DNA of 64,000 nt. Origin: Octopus sinensis (lineage: Eukaryota). The notes beneath the pieces are model-generated. The model saw nothing but the letters and a program-made list of their open reading frames with translations, made no database searches and had not been told where the DNA came from. Position 1 is the stretch's first letter. Each line of letters begins with the position of its first letter. The stretch covers positions 70,432,001 to 70,496,000 of the forward strand of contig NC_043001.1 of NCBI RefSeq assembly GCF_006345805.1. The letters run 5' to 3'. Positions 1 to 12,462 of this stretch are shown piece by piece. The translations under genes were made by a program, and so were the position numbers.

Positions 1-393
1 AGGCTATCAAGCTTGCGACATTTGGGCAACATATTGATTAAATATTTTTTTATCAAATTACCTTTCTGTTGTCAACATCGTTGAAGAGAAGTATATATAA
101 AGCATAGAGTATTACTGTGAGAGTGAAATAAGTCGTCTGCCGAAGATATTGAGTTGTGTTTAGCTTCAAATTATTTGCATAGGATAATTACTTCATGTGG
201 TAATAAAATGGCGCTTGTTTGTAATTATATCGTTACAGATGCGTAGACACGCAATAAAAAACATACAGCCAACATGTATGGATGGATGTTTATAGATGTA
301 TTTATTTTTGTATAGATACATGCATTTATACGTTCATGCCTATGTGTGAGTCTAAGTGTGTGTATGTGTGTGTATATTCGTGCATGCATGTGC

Positions 394-427
<34 letters not shown>

Positions 428-437
428 ATATATACAC

Positions 438-494
<57 letters not shown>

Positions 495-1013
495 CATACA
501 TACATATGTGTGTGTGTATCTGTGAGTGTATATCCATGTGTTTGCTTGCAAATTTTATGTAGAGAAGGTATTTAAGCGTACATTTAAATGTATCCTTCAC
601 CTTTGAAGATAAAGCAAGTTTACTTGCAAAATGCAACTAGTAATTGACTTTGTAGAGGCTTTCCCAAATTATATTTGAATATTTATTGGCCGTGCTGAGT
701 CTCTCTTTTCTAACGATCAAACTAAAATCAATGGTGTGCTCCTTATATGAATATATCTTAGTTTGTTTATAAAATGACCATAGGCTTTTAATGAAGCAAA
801 ATGATAAAAATATATACACACCCTTGGATTTTATTGTCCTTTCCATCTAATATATATCTGCTAACATGAGACCCTAATACAGATCCCTAGCTCTAGCCTC
901 AGCTAGACCAATGATAGCACTTACTCAGCATACCTATTTGTTTAGATCACCAGTGAATTAAACTCCTCATATTCTGTGTCTATACGTATATATGTGTGTG
1001 TAGATAGTTAGAT

Positions 1014-1014
1014 A

Positions 1015-1093
<79 letters not shown>
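1014..1093. repeat. (AGAT)n tetranucleotide microsatellite
   Basis: Directly visible. Other long (AGAT)n tracts lie at about 32049-32180, 49440-49690 and 49817-49999. Confidence 0.97.
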
Positions 1094-1189
1094 TACGTGG
1101 TTATTTAGCTGCTGCTGCTTACGGAGCAAAAGGAGAGAAAGAGAGAGAGTGATTACTCGAATACTGTGAGATTGCAGAGAGGGTGAATA

Positions 1190-1289
1190 NNNNNNNNNNN
1201 NNNNNNNNNNNNNNNNNNNNNNNNNNNNNNNNNNNNNNNNNNNNNNNNNNNNNNNNNNNNNNNNNNNNNNNNNNNNNNNNNNNNNNNNN
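1190..1289. other. Assembly gap (100 N)
   Basis: Run of exactly 100 N, a typical fixed-size scaffold gap. Confidence 0.99.
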
Positions 1290-1389
1290 TTTCCTGTGTC
1301 CCTTCGTTAAGTTGACAGTATACAGCCACTCCCTTCTCCACCCCGTACATATCTCTATAAGATATTTAGAAATTAATATCATATATATA

Positions 1390-1450
<61 letters not shown>

Positions 1451-1667
1451 GTATGGATTGAAAAATAATAGGTATTTGTATATGTCAACATATATAGGTA
1501 CATATGTGTATCTTTTACATGCTTCAGTCATTAGACTGCAACCTGCAGGGGCACTGCCTTGATGTTGTGTATGAATATTTATATAATGTATGCATCAATA
1601 TATATTTTTATGTATGTGTGTGTATATACATTAATGCAATTCTACTATCTGTCTATCAATATATATA

Positions 1668-1708
<41 letters not shown>

Positions 1709-3010
1709 GAGTTAGCGGTTGGAATAACCTTCTAAGGGATAAGAATATCCATTCTTATAACCAGTCTCATTTACTTACGTTATTCCTGGGTATGGGTATG
1801 CAGGCACACTATACTCATAGGGTACGGTAATAACTGAATAAACAAAAGTTTATTAGGAATCCAATTAAATAAGCAGAAAATGGAGAAAACTGTTGATCAG
1901 CAAACAATTGACCAACATCAGTTAATTATTTATAATACAAAACTTAACATAACATGACATAACTTATCGTACGGCCGTTTCACCTGCCAATGCCAATTGA
2001 TGCTTATAAAGGAAATTCCGAAAATAATATTCGCCATCTTTATAGCACATTCGATCTAGTACATAGAGCTTCATCCACTTTACACAGCAGTGTAATGTTA
2101 TTGGGATATACCATTTTACATATTAACACATTCCTTGGTTGCATAAGGAAATATCGTGTCCGTACAACTCATTACAATTTACGTACAAGCTTTCGTTGTT
2201 GGTATCTTTACTTCCCGTAACTCAGCGGAAAAAATACCGACAGAATGAGTACTACGCTTTAAAAGTGTCCTGAAGTCAGTTTCTTCGACTAAAACCACAC
2301 GATAGGGCGTCCTTTAAGCTAGCTCCTGTAGAGGGTTTTCATTGGGCCTTGAGTACATATTAAAGTTTATTAAACTTGACCAATATTTCTCAAGCAATGA
2401 AACAATTTCATCAAAACAATGATATAATCTGTCAACTAGGAGCATATTGCAAAACTGCATGATAAACAACATTTTTTTATCTTCCCATTCGAGAGTCAGT
2501 ACAATATTTTCTGTCTAACCGCTCTCTCACTCTCTCTCTCTCTCTCTTTCTGTTGTTTGTTTTCAACCATCACCAGTACCACCAGCATCAACACCACAAC
2601 TGCCATACACACACACACCATTCAGACTTCTGACGCCACCACCATCAATACCTTAGACTTCACCGCCTTGCCCTCCACCACCATCACCACTGTCTTTCAC
2701 ATTGCTTACTATCACCGTCAGCCATGACTACCTCTGCTGCCACCACCACCATCATCATCACCGTCGCCTCCACCTCTGTCATAACTACAGCTCATACTAT
2801 TACTATCACGCCATTACCATCAATATTTTCAATCTACTACCGCCCTCACCGTATCTGTACCTACTATTACTCTTGCCCGAACATGATGAATAGTAGAATT
2901 CTCATTGAATAGTGAGAGAGTGGGTCAAAGTGTGATACACTGACACAGAAATTCGTTTTGGCATTTATAATATATATGTATATATATGTGCGTGTGTGTG
3001 TGTGTGTGTG

Positions 3011-3330
3011 TAAAATACAGTGTACATTTAAACACATTAAGAAGTATCCATCATAGGGCTCCCTTACGCTAGAAGGGAATGAAAGAAATAGATGGTAAAT
3101 GTTTTTATTTTTCATTCCCTTCGAGATTTTATCCCTGATTAGTGGTTTGGACTTTAGCTGTTCCTTCTAGCGTAAGGGAGTCCTATGATGGATACCTCTT
3201 AATGTGTTTAAATGTACGCTGTATTTTATATGAATCATATATAGACTATTGACTAATTTTTCTATACGCTAGTCCACTGGTAGTAAAATTTTCCAAGATC
3301 TTTATTACCCTGATATTATTAATTATATTA
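3011..3330 (+). mobile_element. Non-coding repeat of the 30487-31157 family with an inverted partial copy at its left end (PLE pseudo-LTR-like)
   Basis: 3011-3076 is the reverse complement of 3163-3228 (63/66 identical). The body from about 3087 shares tagatggtaaatgttttt, tagctgttc(c/t)ttcta, ttgactaattttt and ccactgg with 30992-31157 and 30487-30700. A further copy lies at about 7715-7850. Confidence 0.6.
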
Positions 3331-3340
3331 TATATATATA

Positions 3341-3372
<32 letters not shown>

Positions 3373-4008
3373 TATCTTTTAATAGAAGAAAAGGAAAATG
3401 GAGATTGGGAGTTTATTGTTTATTATTACAGCAATTATCATCTTCACTTACATCTATTTCAATGAATACTCAGTAAATATTAAGTAAATATTAAATTTAT
3501 ATTTACATAATCTGAGCATAGTATCATGAGAGGGAAAACCTATACCCTTTGATGTTTTATATGTGTTTATGGAATCATTATAGGAGACTGAATGATACGG
3601 TTTTTGATTTGTAGTTATATGTCCAGGTGAGGGGTTTACAAGTTGATTGGAGATAAGATAGAATTGGTAAACAGAATTTGAACAATAGATGAATAAATGA
3701 AACAAAGATGATAGAGGAAATTTTAATATAAATAAGGTAAGGTAATTGTTAATAAAAGAATGGAATATTCGTTTATAAGATATAACTTTATGAAAATGTG
3801 TATATATGCAAGTAAGCACGTATACATATACATACATATATGTATCTGTACATTCATATATATATATACACAAAGGCACACGATTATAACTACACATATA
3901 CATACATCTACAGGCACACACATATACGCGCATAGACGTATATGCGTATATATTCATATACAAGCGCAAATACATGAATATGTGCGCACACACGCACATG
4001 CATATATG

Positions 4009-4141
4009 CGTTTACTCTTTACTTATCACCCCTAAAAAGAAGTTAATATAGATCCATATTGATCAATTAGTTCCCATTGGTTATTGACCAACATGGATCT
4101 ATATCAACTTCTTCTTAGGGGTGATAAGTAAAGAGTAAACG
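4009..4141. repeat. Long inverted repeat / hairpin (59-bp arms, 15-bp spacer), MITE-like
   Basis: 4009-4067 is complementary to 4083-4141 with 4 mismatches. Confidence 0.85.
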
Positions 4142-4221
4142 TGTATATCTATATGTGTGTGTGTGTGCGTGTGTGAATGTTTGTGTATGTATTTGTATAT
4201 ACACACACACACATATATCAT

Positions 4222-4365
4222 ATAACCTAGTGGTTTGGCAAAGAAGACCGATTGAATAAGTACCAGGCTTACAAATAATAAGCCAAGGAGTCAATTTTCT
4301 CGACTAAAAGGCGATGTTTCAGCATGGCCACAGTGAAAATGACTGAAACAATTAAAAGAAGAAAC
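4222..4365 (+). mobile_element. SINE family B, 3' part
   Basis: gaccgattgaataagtacc...cgactaaaaggcg...cagcatggccacag...tgactgaaacaa matches the 3' half of the copy at 48598-49016. Similar partial copies lie at 16528-16725(-), 21290-21415(+) and 37553-37626(-). Confidence 0.75.
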
Positions 4366-4884
4366 GAACAAGAAATATATACGAACACACAACACTCTGA
4401 CACACACACACACACACACAGAGGTTATTGTACTTTGCATATGTACCACCATGTACAAACCGAAAGTTCAGTGGAGGGTCACGTAGGGCTTTATTCGAGT
4501 AGTGCATCATGTATATATTTAAAAGAACCAATTTCACAGTGACATCGATGTTGCGTGTGTATGAGTGTGTGTGTATTTGTGCTTTCCATTCCTTTTTTAG
4601 TACGCTAGCGCTTCAGCGTGTACAAAGGAATTCTATCACTATGTTTCTTGTACTTTTATGGGAAACGCATTTACATGGATCTCCTTCTCTACATTCGTTT
4701 CTCCCTTCCACTTTAAATTTAAGATTGTTTATACATCATTTGTGTATTTGAACGTAATGAAATACCTTCAGGCATAATACGTGCAATTACTGTGAAAACT
4801 GCTTGCACGCTAACATATAGAAACTCACGATAATGTACATATTACTATAAGCATCAGACTATATATATATATATGTAATATATA

Positions 4885-4953
<69 letters not shown>

Positions 4954-5244
4954 ATATATCTACAGGGGGAGAGAGTGAGGAAAAGAGGGAAAAAGATGAT
5001 GATGGTTTAATTTTTCTGTATGTAATGTATATAGATTTTTATGTATCTAGCTATAGATATACTTCTGTGTGTATATATTGTATAGATTCATGTATGTACA
5101 CGTTTCTGTATACTTTCTGTGTATCTTCCTGTTTGTATGTGCAAGTCTAATCACGTATGCATGCGTATGTACATTAATATATATAAGTTTGTCTCTCTGT
5201 ATGTGTGTGTGTGTGTGTGTGTGTGCATATGTGAGTGAGTGAGT

Positions 5245-5317
<73 letters not shown>

Positions 5318-6186
5318 TGCAAAGTCGCAACTGGGACAATTGAGAAGACGATGCCTCTTGGTAAACAAGATGACTTTACCAATCCAATGCCATTAAAATT
5401 GATTGACTGGCAAGTTCCATTTTAAAAGAGACCGAAAAAAAATGACGGTAGCAAACGAACAGGTAGTCAAAACACATACACCACAAAATAAAAAGTAACA
5501 ATTTTTATAAAGTACAAATCTAGGGTCATGGGTTTTAAGTAGATCTTTGTTGTCATTTTCTGTACACTTACAATGAGCCTTTTTTTTTTCGCTTTATCTC
5601 TTCAGTCTATTAACTGAACTCTACTCTGAAAGTAAACTAGGGCTCTTTACAATTGGTTTTTAAATAAGACAAAAGACGATGTATATGTATAAATATATAT
5701 GTATATGTGTGTGTATGTGTGTATGTGTGTGTATGTGTGTGTGTGTGTATACCATTGCTAAAGAATTTAGTTGCATTACAAACGTGAAAGCGGTCCCATA
5801 TCTTCTGAATTTTCGTTATCTGAGCGAGAGAGAGAAAACGAGGGACTTAAATAGTTTTTCCCTCTCCACAACATCAGTCTCCCTCACTCTCCTTTGTCTA
5901 TCATATCTGTCTGTATGTCTCTCTCTACGCTTCTCTTTTCCTCTTTCTCTTCCTCACTCTCTCTTTGTCTCCTGTTCACTCTCCTCTATCGTTTAGTTTA
6001 TTGTGTTGTTAAAGTAAAATTAGTTTTTTTCTTTACATATATATATATATATATATATACGTTTTATTTTCTGATTTTTTGTTTCATCTTTATATCTAAG
6101 AGAATCGGAAAACGTCAGCAACACAACGCAAAATAATCGATAAATCAATACATACATAGAAATATACATATCCGCATACATACATT

Positions 6187-6277
<91 letters not shown>

Positions 6278-6394
6278 ATACGTATATATACATACAGCAG
6301 ATGTGAATAGACTTAAATGCCCTATGTATGTATATATATATACATATATAAATTGATATATATATATATATATATGCATGTAAACATATACATT

Positions 6395-6425
<31 letters not shown>

Positions 6426-6926
6426 TATATAGGTGTGTATGTGTGTATCTACGTAGGTTGGTATGTAAGTATGCAGAAATGAATGTAGGTAAGAATGTAT
6501 GCATCTCCCAACCGATTACATTTAAGCGTCTTTATATGTGTAAATGAGCGCAAAAAGAACAAATAGAGGAGGCAAAAGTTTACAGAAAGAGATCTGTTTA
6601 ATGAGATGTAGGAATTGAAACAACATATAAACTAAGTGGTAACGACTTAATGCATAAAATAACAAACACGTAGACAGCATTTTAAAATATTTCTCATTGT
6701 CATTAACGAGAATATTGATCTCAATTACTTGTTAATGAAGCACTGTCGAAATACTAATCAAGAATCTAACCAACCAGAAACTGTGTTGAGATATGTATAC
6801 TTCTGCAATAAAAACTTTATATACATTACGCTTGTGTGTGATTGTGTGTGTGTTTATATAATGCGCATATATATATATATATATATATATTATATTATAT
6901 TATAATATATATTATACATAATTCTA

Positions 6927-6960
<34 letters not shown>

Positions 6961-7002
6961 TATAGAATTATGTATAATATTATATATATTTATATACATA
7001 TA

Positions 7003-7315
7003 TAAAAGAGGTGAGGACCGAAATCTTTCCAAGCCATGTCAGACATCCAGGTCCGCTAGTACAGTTCAAGTAAAGAATATATATATTTTTGTATATATAA
7101 TATATTCTAGACTCGGATTGTACCGGCGGAATTGGATGTTTGACATCCCTTTCAGGGATTTCGGCCTTCACCTCTTTTATCATTGTTTTGCTATTACCGT
7201 AGTCTTGTGTTATTTGTTCAACTCGGTAGAATGGAAAAAATTAATGGTCGATGTATCTATGAGGAATATTCCAATTCCATCTAAGAAGGAACTTCTGAAA
7301 GTCCTATTAATATAA
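7003..7315 (+). mobile_element. Penelope-like element remnant: ORF N-terminus plus inverted partial duplication
   Basis: 7256-7315 translates SMRNIPIPSKKELLKVLLI, matching the S(M/L)KNIPIPS motif near the start of PLE ORFs. 7003-7080 is a diverged inverted copy of 7102-7179. Confidence 0.55.
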
Positions 7316-7365
7316 CTACTGAATGAATTCAATTATATACATACATATATACATATATATCTATA

Positions 7366-7411
<46 letters not shown>

Positions 7412-7554
7412 ATATATTATATATATATATAATAAAAATATTAAAATTACTAAGTCTCTCTAAAAGAGAACACGGCAGCGTTCCGGAAAATATTAGTTAT
7501 CGCCATACTAATATTTTATAAGAATGCCATATTAGTATGGCGATAACTAATATA

Positions 7555-7603
<49 letters not shown>

Positions 7604-7677
7604 CATACGTACATACATACATATATACATACATACATATATATATATATATGTGTGTGTGTTGTGTGTGGTGTAAG

Positions 7678-7718
<41 letters not shown>

Positions 7719-7991
7719 TATACCCTTTTTTAATTTTTCATTCCCTTCGAGAATTGGACTGCAACTGTTCTTTCTAGCGTAAGTGATTCCTATGATGTAA
7801 GCCTCTTAATGAGTTTTAATGTACACTGTATTTTATATGAATTATATATATTACATCAGCAGTCACTGACACAACTACATAATAATAACTTTATGTAAAC
7901 TCTTGAATAGACTTTCAGTAATTCTAGGAGCGTTAAGAATATTGATCACTGTGCAGATATCTAATGAAAAATTAAATTCACACTTTTTGCG

Positions 7992-8029
<38 letters not shown>

Positions 8030-8040
8030 ATATATATATA

Positions 8041-9011
8041 AACTTAAATAAACTTAGATATGTTTCGACCAAAGATTGGTCCAGGCCATGTCTAACTAAT
8101 AGCACCACCGGATAGGATTATTCGAATTCTGTTTAAGTCAGTTTTGTTTAAGTCAAGTCTTGTTCAAGTAGTGAGTTCTTGTTGGGTGAGTTGTATCCAG
8201 TTTTGTTCAAGTAGTGAGGTCTTGTTGGGTGAGTGTATCCAATTTGGGTGGCTTATCTGGTATTCTTTGAAGGAACCTATCCAGACTCTGTTTAAAGTTG
8301 ATGGGATCCTTTTCCTCTTGATCTCCCTCGGGACAATGTTAAATAGGGCAGGGCCTGTTGAGGAAAAGAAATTATGTTGCAGTGTACATGTATGTTGTGA
8401 TCTTGAATTGGGCAGGGGACGTATAGCCCGTGGTCAAAGTCTTGGATGAACCTTGAAGCTAATGTTTAGGAGGTCGTTTGGGCAAAGTTGGCGGTATATT
8501 TTCCACATCGTACAAATGATGTACCGCTCACGGCGACGCTGGAGGGAGTAAAGTTTCAAGGCTTTAAGGCGATCCCAATAATCGAGAGCAGCCATGCCTT
8601 CAATTTGTTTAGTGAGAGCCCTCTGGGGTGACTCAATTCTGGAGATGTTTTGTCTTGTGTGAGGAGACCACAGTGGGCAGCATATTCAAGGTGTGGCCGT
8701 ACAAAGGAGGAAAAAAGTGGTATGATGACACCTTGTTCTCTGGACCGGAAAGTTCTTAAGATCCAGGAACTCATCCTACGAGCTATATCGACCTTCTTGC
8801 TGATGTGTGCACTCCAACTGAGATCGTCATCAACAATTACACCCAGGTCTCTGATATTGTTAGAGGCTGTGAGCGGTTCCCCTGAAGGAAGAGAGTATGG
8901 TTGTTTTAGTGAGGAATTTCTTCCAAAATGCATCAGCTCAAATTTTCCCTCATTCAGTTGCATTTTGTTTCTGTCTGCCAATTGACTCACAGCATATAGA
9001 TCAGACTGGAG
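8041..9011 (-). mobile_element. 5'-truncated CR1/L2-group LINE (RT C-terminal region and 3' UTR), frameshifted
   Basis: LQSDL...NKMQLNEGKFELMHFG...IRDLGVIVDDDLSWSAHI...ILRTF...FVRPHLEY, then after a frameshift YSLQRRRERY. These are typical CR1-group RT thumb/CTD motifs. Confidence 0.85.
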
Positions 9012-9559
9012 TTATATATATATATATATATTAATATATATATAAATTTGTAAACATCAAAGAAGGGCAGCTTAAGTTATATATGTTATTATTATTTAAA
9101 ATTTTTTATCAATGTTAAAGTCTTAGAGCTGTCTCTGCTTTAAAATTGCTTAATACTTTTTAATAATAACATACGTGACTTGAGATATCTTGCCTTGGTG
9201 TTTGTTATCCTATTTAACAAATTTATATCCGCTATATAGGAATTCTAAAATAACTCCTGCCTCGTTTACGAGCTTGAAATCCTCGTAATCCGTTTAGATC
9301 AACTGTGAACAAAGCCCCCATTATATATATATATATATATATATATATCTATATATATATATATGGGGGCTTTGTTCACAGTTGCATATATATATATGCA
9401 TATGATGGAATCAGAATCTGCCGGAGAATATGGTGTGTCAGATTTCGGTTTGTGCTGCACAGCCTATGCAAATGCTTTGTTTTGTAGTAATCAAATTTAT
9501 GTGATGTACATTTGATCCCTTCCTCATTCAAATCGACGTTTCTCGCTATACTATACGTC

Positions 9560-9690
9560 AGGGCTCGAAGTGACAGCAGAGCATCTTGAGTTGAAGTGCT
9601 TTGCTCAAGAACACAACGCACCACCTGGTCTGGGAACTGAAATCATGATCGATAGATCGCGTGTGCAACACACGAAACATGCGCCTTCAC
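9560..9690 (-). mobile_element. SINE family C, 5' part
   Basis: Contains gtgttcttgagcaaagcact and a tRNA-like head on the minus strand, homologous to 36684-37005. Confidence 0.65.
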
Positions 9691-9732
9691 ACACAGACAC
9701 GCAGAGACACAAACAAACGCCCACACACACAT

Positions 9733-10077
9733 AGGCGCAGGATTGACTGTGTGTTAAGAAGCTTGCTTACCAAGCACATGATTTGGGGTTCAGTCCTGCT
9801 GCATGACGCCGTGGGCAAGTGTCTTCTACTATAGCCTCGGGCCGACGAAAGACTTGTGAGTGGATTTGGTAGATGGAAAGTGAAAGCAGAACGTCGTGTG
9901 TATATATATATAAGTATATTTATGTGTATATGACTTTGTGTCTGTGTTTGTCTCCGAAAGCTAGCAGTTCAGCAAAAGTTCCCGATAAAATAAATATTAG
10001 GCATACAAAGTCCTTGAGTCGATTTGTTCGACTAAATGCCAGTCAAATCACTGACACCAATAAAAGAATACAAGAAT

Positions 10078-10080
<3 letters not shown>
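9733..10080 (+). mobile_element. SINE family B, near full length, decayed
   Basis: tRNA-like head (A-box-like tgactgtgtg, B-box-like ggttcagtcc), gggcaagtgtcttct core, internal microsatellite and aagaatac tail. Homologous to 48598-49016. Confidence 0.75.
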
Positions 10081-10114
<34 letters not shown>

Positions 10115-10831
10115 CGAGACAGATGGGGTTATTTATTACAGCGTGTAAAATTTAGATTGAAAACCCTTTCCACATTTTCTATCCAAGGTGATTTTACTAT
10201 AATGTTTACACGTTATCTTGCAGAGTGTCCTCTGTATCTAATTTCACCACTCCAAAAACCACATAAAGGCCTATGTGTATTTGTGAATAATGTTATCCTA
10301 ATGGAAGTATACGCATTATTGGAGATACATTACAGCCGATTTTACTTATCATTTTTTTTTTGCCAGATATTATATAATGGGACGATTATCCCATAGAAAA
10401 GCACTTCCTCGACCATAGATATGAAAAACTGGCTAGTGCTCTCTGTTAATGGAAGTGGTGAGATGACATATATTTTATAGGTGTTGTGATACATTCCTCT
10501 CTTACTTTTCACGACTTCGTTTCGTCTTTTTCACAGCACCTACAAACTAGATGTAACACTTCCTCCTCCTCCCTGCAATAGCAAAGAGCACTCACCCATT
10601 CTTTCTATACTTGCTGTTTGCCAAGAGTGTATTTATTAGATATTCGTCCGATTACTTGATTTCCGATGTGAAAGCGATTGCTAGGATTGACTGTAATGCA
10701 TCTATAATACTCTGTACTTTGATTACGTACATATATGCATACATACATCTATACATACATATGAATGTATATCTATATATATGTATATATATATATACAT
10801 ACATACATACATACATACATACATACATACA

Positions 10832-10865
<34 letters not shown>

Positions 10866-10866
<1 letters not shown>

Positions 10867-11996
10867 TAGGTCATCAAGTATGTTATTTGTAAAAATTAAA
10901 AAAGTTTGAAAATGTTTTATAAATACAAGAAATAGTTTTATTCATCAAATTATGCACCCATATTGTCAATACACTTTTTTCCATTTCAGCGGTTGCTTGT
11001 CCAGTCCGTACTGTAAAAACCCGGCAGTCCAGAGTCAATAAAATCTTGAAAGGCCTGTTTTACATTATCGTCGGAATTAATTTCTTTTTCTTATCAAAAT
11101 GTTATCCATATTCTGGAAGATGCGGTAGTCAGTGGGGGCCAGATCAGGTGAGTATGGTGGATGATGGAGAACTTCCAACACCAACTCCTATAGCTTCGCC
11201 AATGTCATTTTTGCGATGTGTGGTCTGGTGTTGTCTTGGAAGAAAATAGGTGTCGATTTGTTGACTAATCTCGGCTCTTTTTCATAAGTTTCTACATCAT
11301 TTCGTCCAGTTGGCTGCAGTATACATCGGCCATGATTGATGAGCCAGGTTTAATAAAATCATAATGGATCACGCCTGTGCCAGACCACATTTTTGTGACG
11401 AGAAAGTTGCATAATGCAGACTTCCAAACGCTGTTGGTTCTGATTTTCATTGAGTTCATGTTGAACCCACTTATCCAAATTTTTCACTTTACCGATTTGA
11501 ACTATGTGAATCAATATTGTTTGTTCGCTAAAACCAAACAACAACGATAATTCACGGGCACTTTGAGATGGATCTGACACGATGCTAGCTTTCAGTTCGT
11601 CATTATCCACCTTTGTTTTCGGTCGACCACCTTGCTCATTTGTGAGGTCAAAGTTACCTGAACAAAATTTTGCAAACCAATTTGATTCTTTCTGCTATGT
11701 AATAACATTAGAATGAAATATTCCGTTAATATTCCGAGCTATCTGTGATACTGTATTTCCAAGAAAGAACTCATCTTTTAAAACTGCCCGAATTTCCAGC
11801 TTATCTATCTCTAAAATAAATATCGAAATTGATTTATAAATACTTAATAAAGCGAAAAATAACTTAGAATAAAGAAATAGACGTATCAGCTTTCTAACAA
11901 AAAGTAAAGATTGCCAAAATATAATAATGGCGCAAAATAAGCAGCTATTTAAACTTACCATATACCTCACTACAAATTTCTTACTAGACGAACTAA
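10866..11996 (-). mobile_element. Mariner DNA transposon, cecropia/Hsmar1-like, internally deleted and decayed
   Basis: Transposase fragments DKLEIRAVLKDEF, WFAKF...GRP...VDNDELKA, IGKVKNLDKWVQHEL, QDNTRPH and HPPYSPDLAPTDY. Diverged TIRs (TTAGGTCATCAAGTATG vs TTAGTTCGTCTAGTAAG) are flanked by TA. Confidence 0.85.
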
Positions 11997-12116
11997 TACA
12001 TATATATTTATATATGTACATACATATGGATATATATATATACATGTTATATATATGTGTGTATATATAAGTTATATCTATCAACACACACACACTCATA
12101 TGTAATATATATATAT

Positions 12117-12149
<33 letters not shown>

Positions 12150-12193
12150 TATATAGAGTAATGTAGTTCGCTTGAAGCATTGTGTAATGTTTG

Positions 12194-12462
12194 TAAAGAA
12201 GAAAATACTCTGAAATGACACAACAATACACTATAATACAAACAATGGACTATAATAACTATTATAATTTAATCGTCCATAGCGTGATATGATATTCGGA
12301 ATATAAACTCCTAGGGAGTTGGAGTTGGAAGTTCTCCATCATCACCATTTATTCCGAAATATCATATCAGATTATGGATGATTAATTTACAACAGTTATT
12401 ATAGTCCATTGTTTCTCTTACAGTGCATTGTTGTGTCATTCAAAATAGTTTCTTCTTCTTTA
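12194..12462. mobile_element. Foldback/MITE-like element (about 113-bp arms) with a mariner transposase fragment as spacer
   Basis: 12194-12306 is complementary to 12348-12462 with moderate divergence. The spacer ggagttggagttggaagttctccatcatcaccat matches the ELxLEVLHHPP-coding segment of the adjacent mariner. Confidence 0.75.

Noticed and set aside
225-636. ORFs rich in YI/HT/CV repeats (also about 3454-4035, 23600-24123, 36167-36655 and many more)
   Set aside because: They are translations of (TA)n, (CA)n and (TACA)n microsatellites, not genes.
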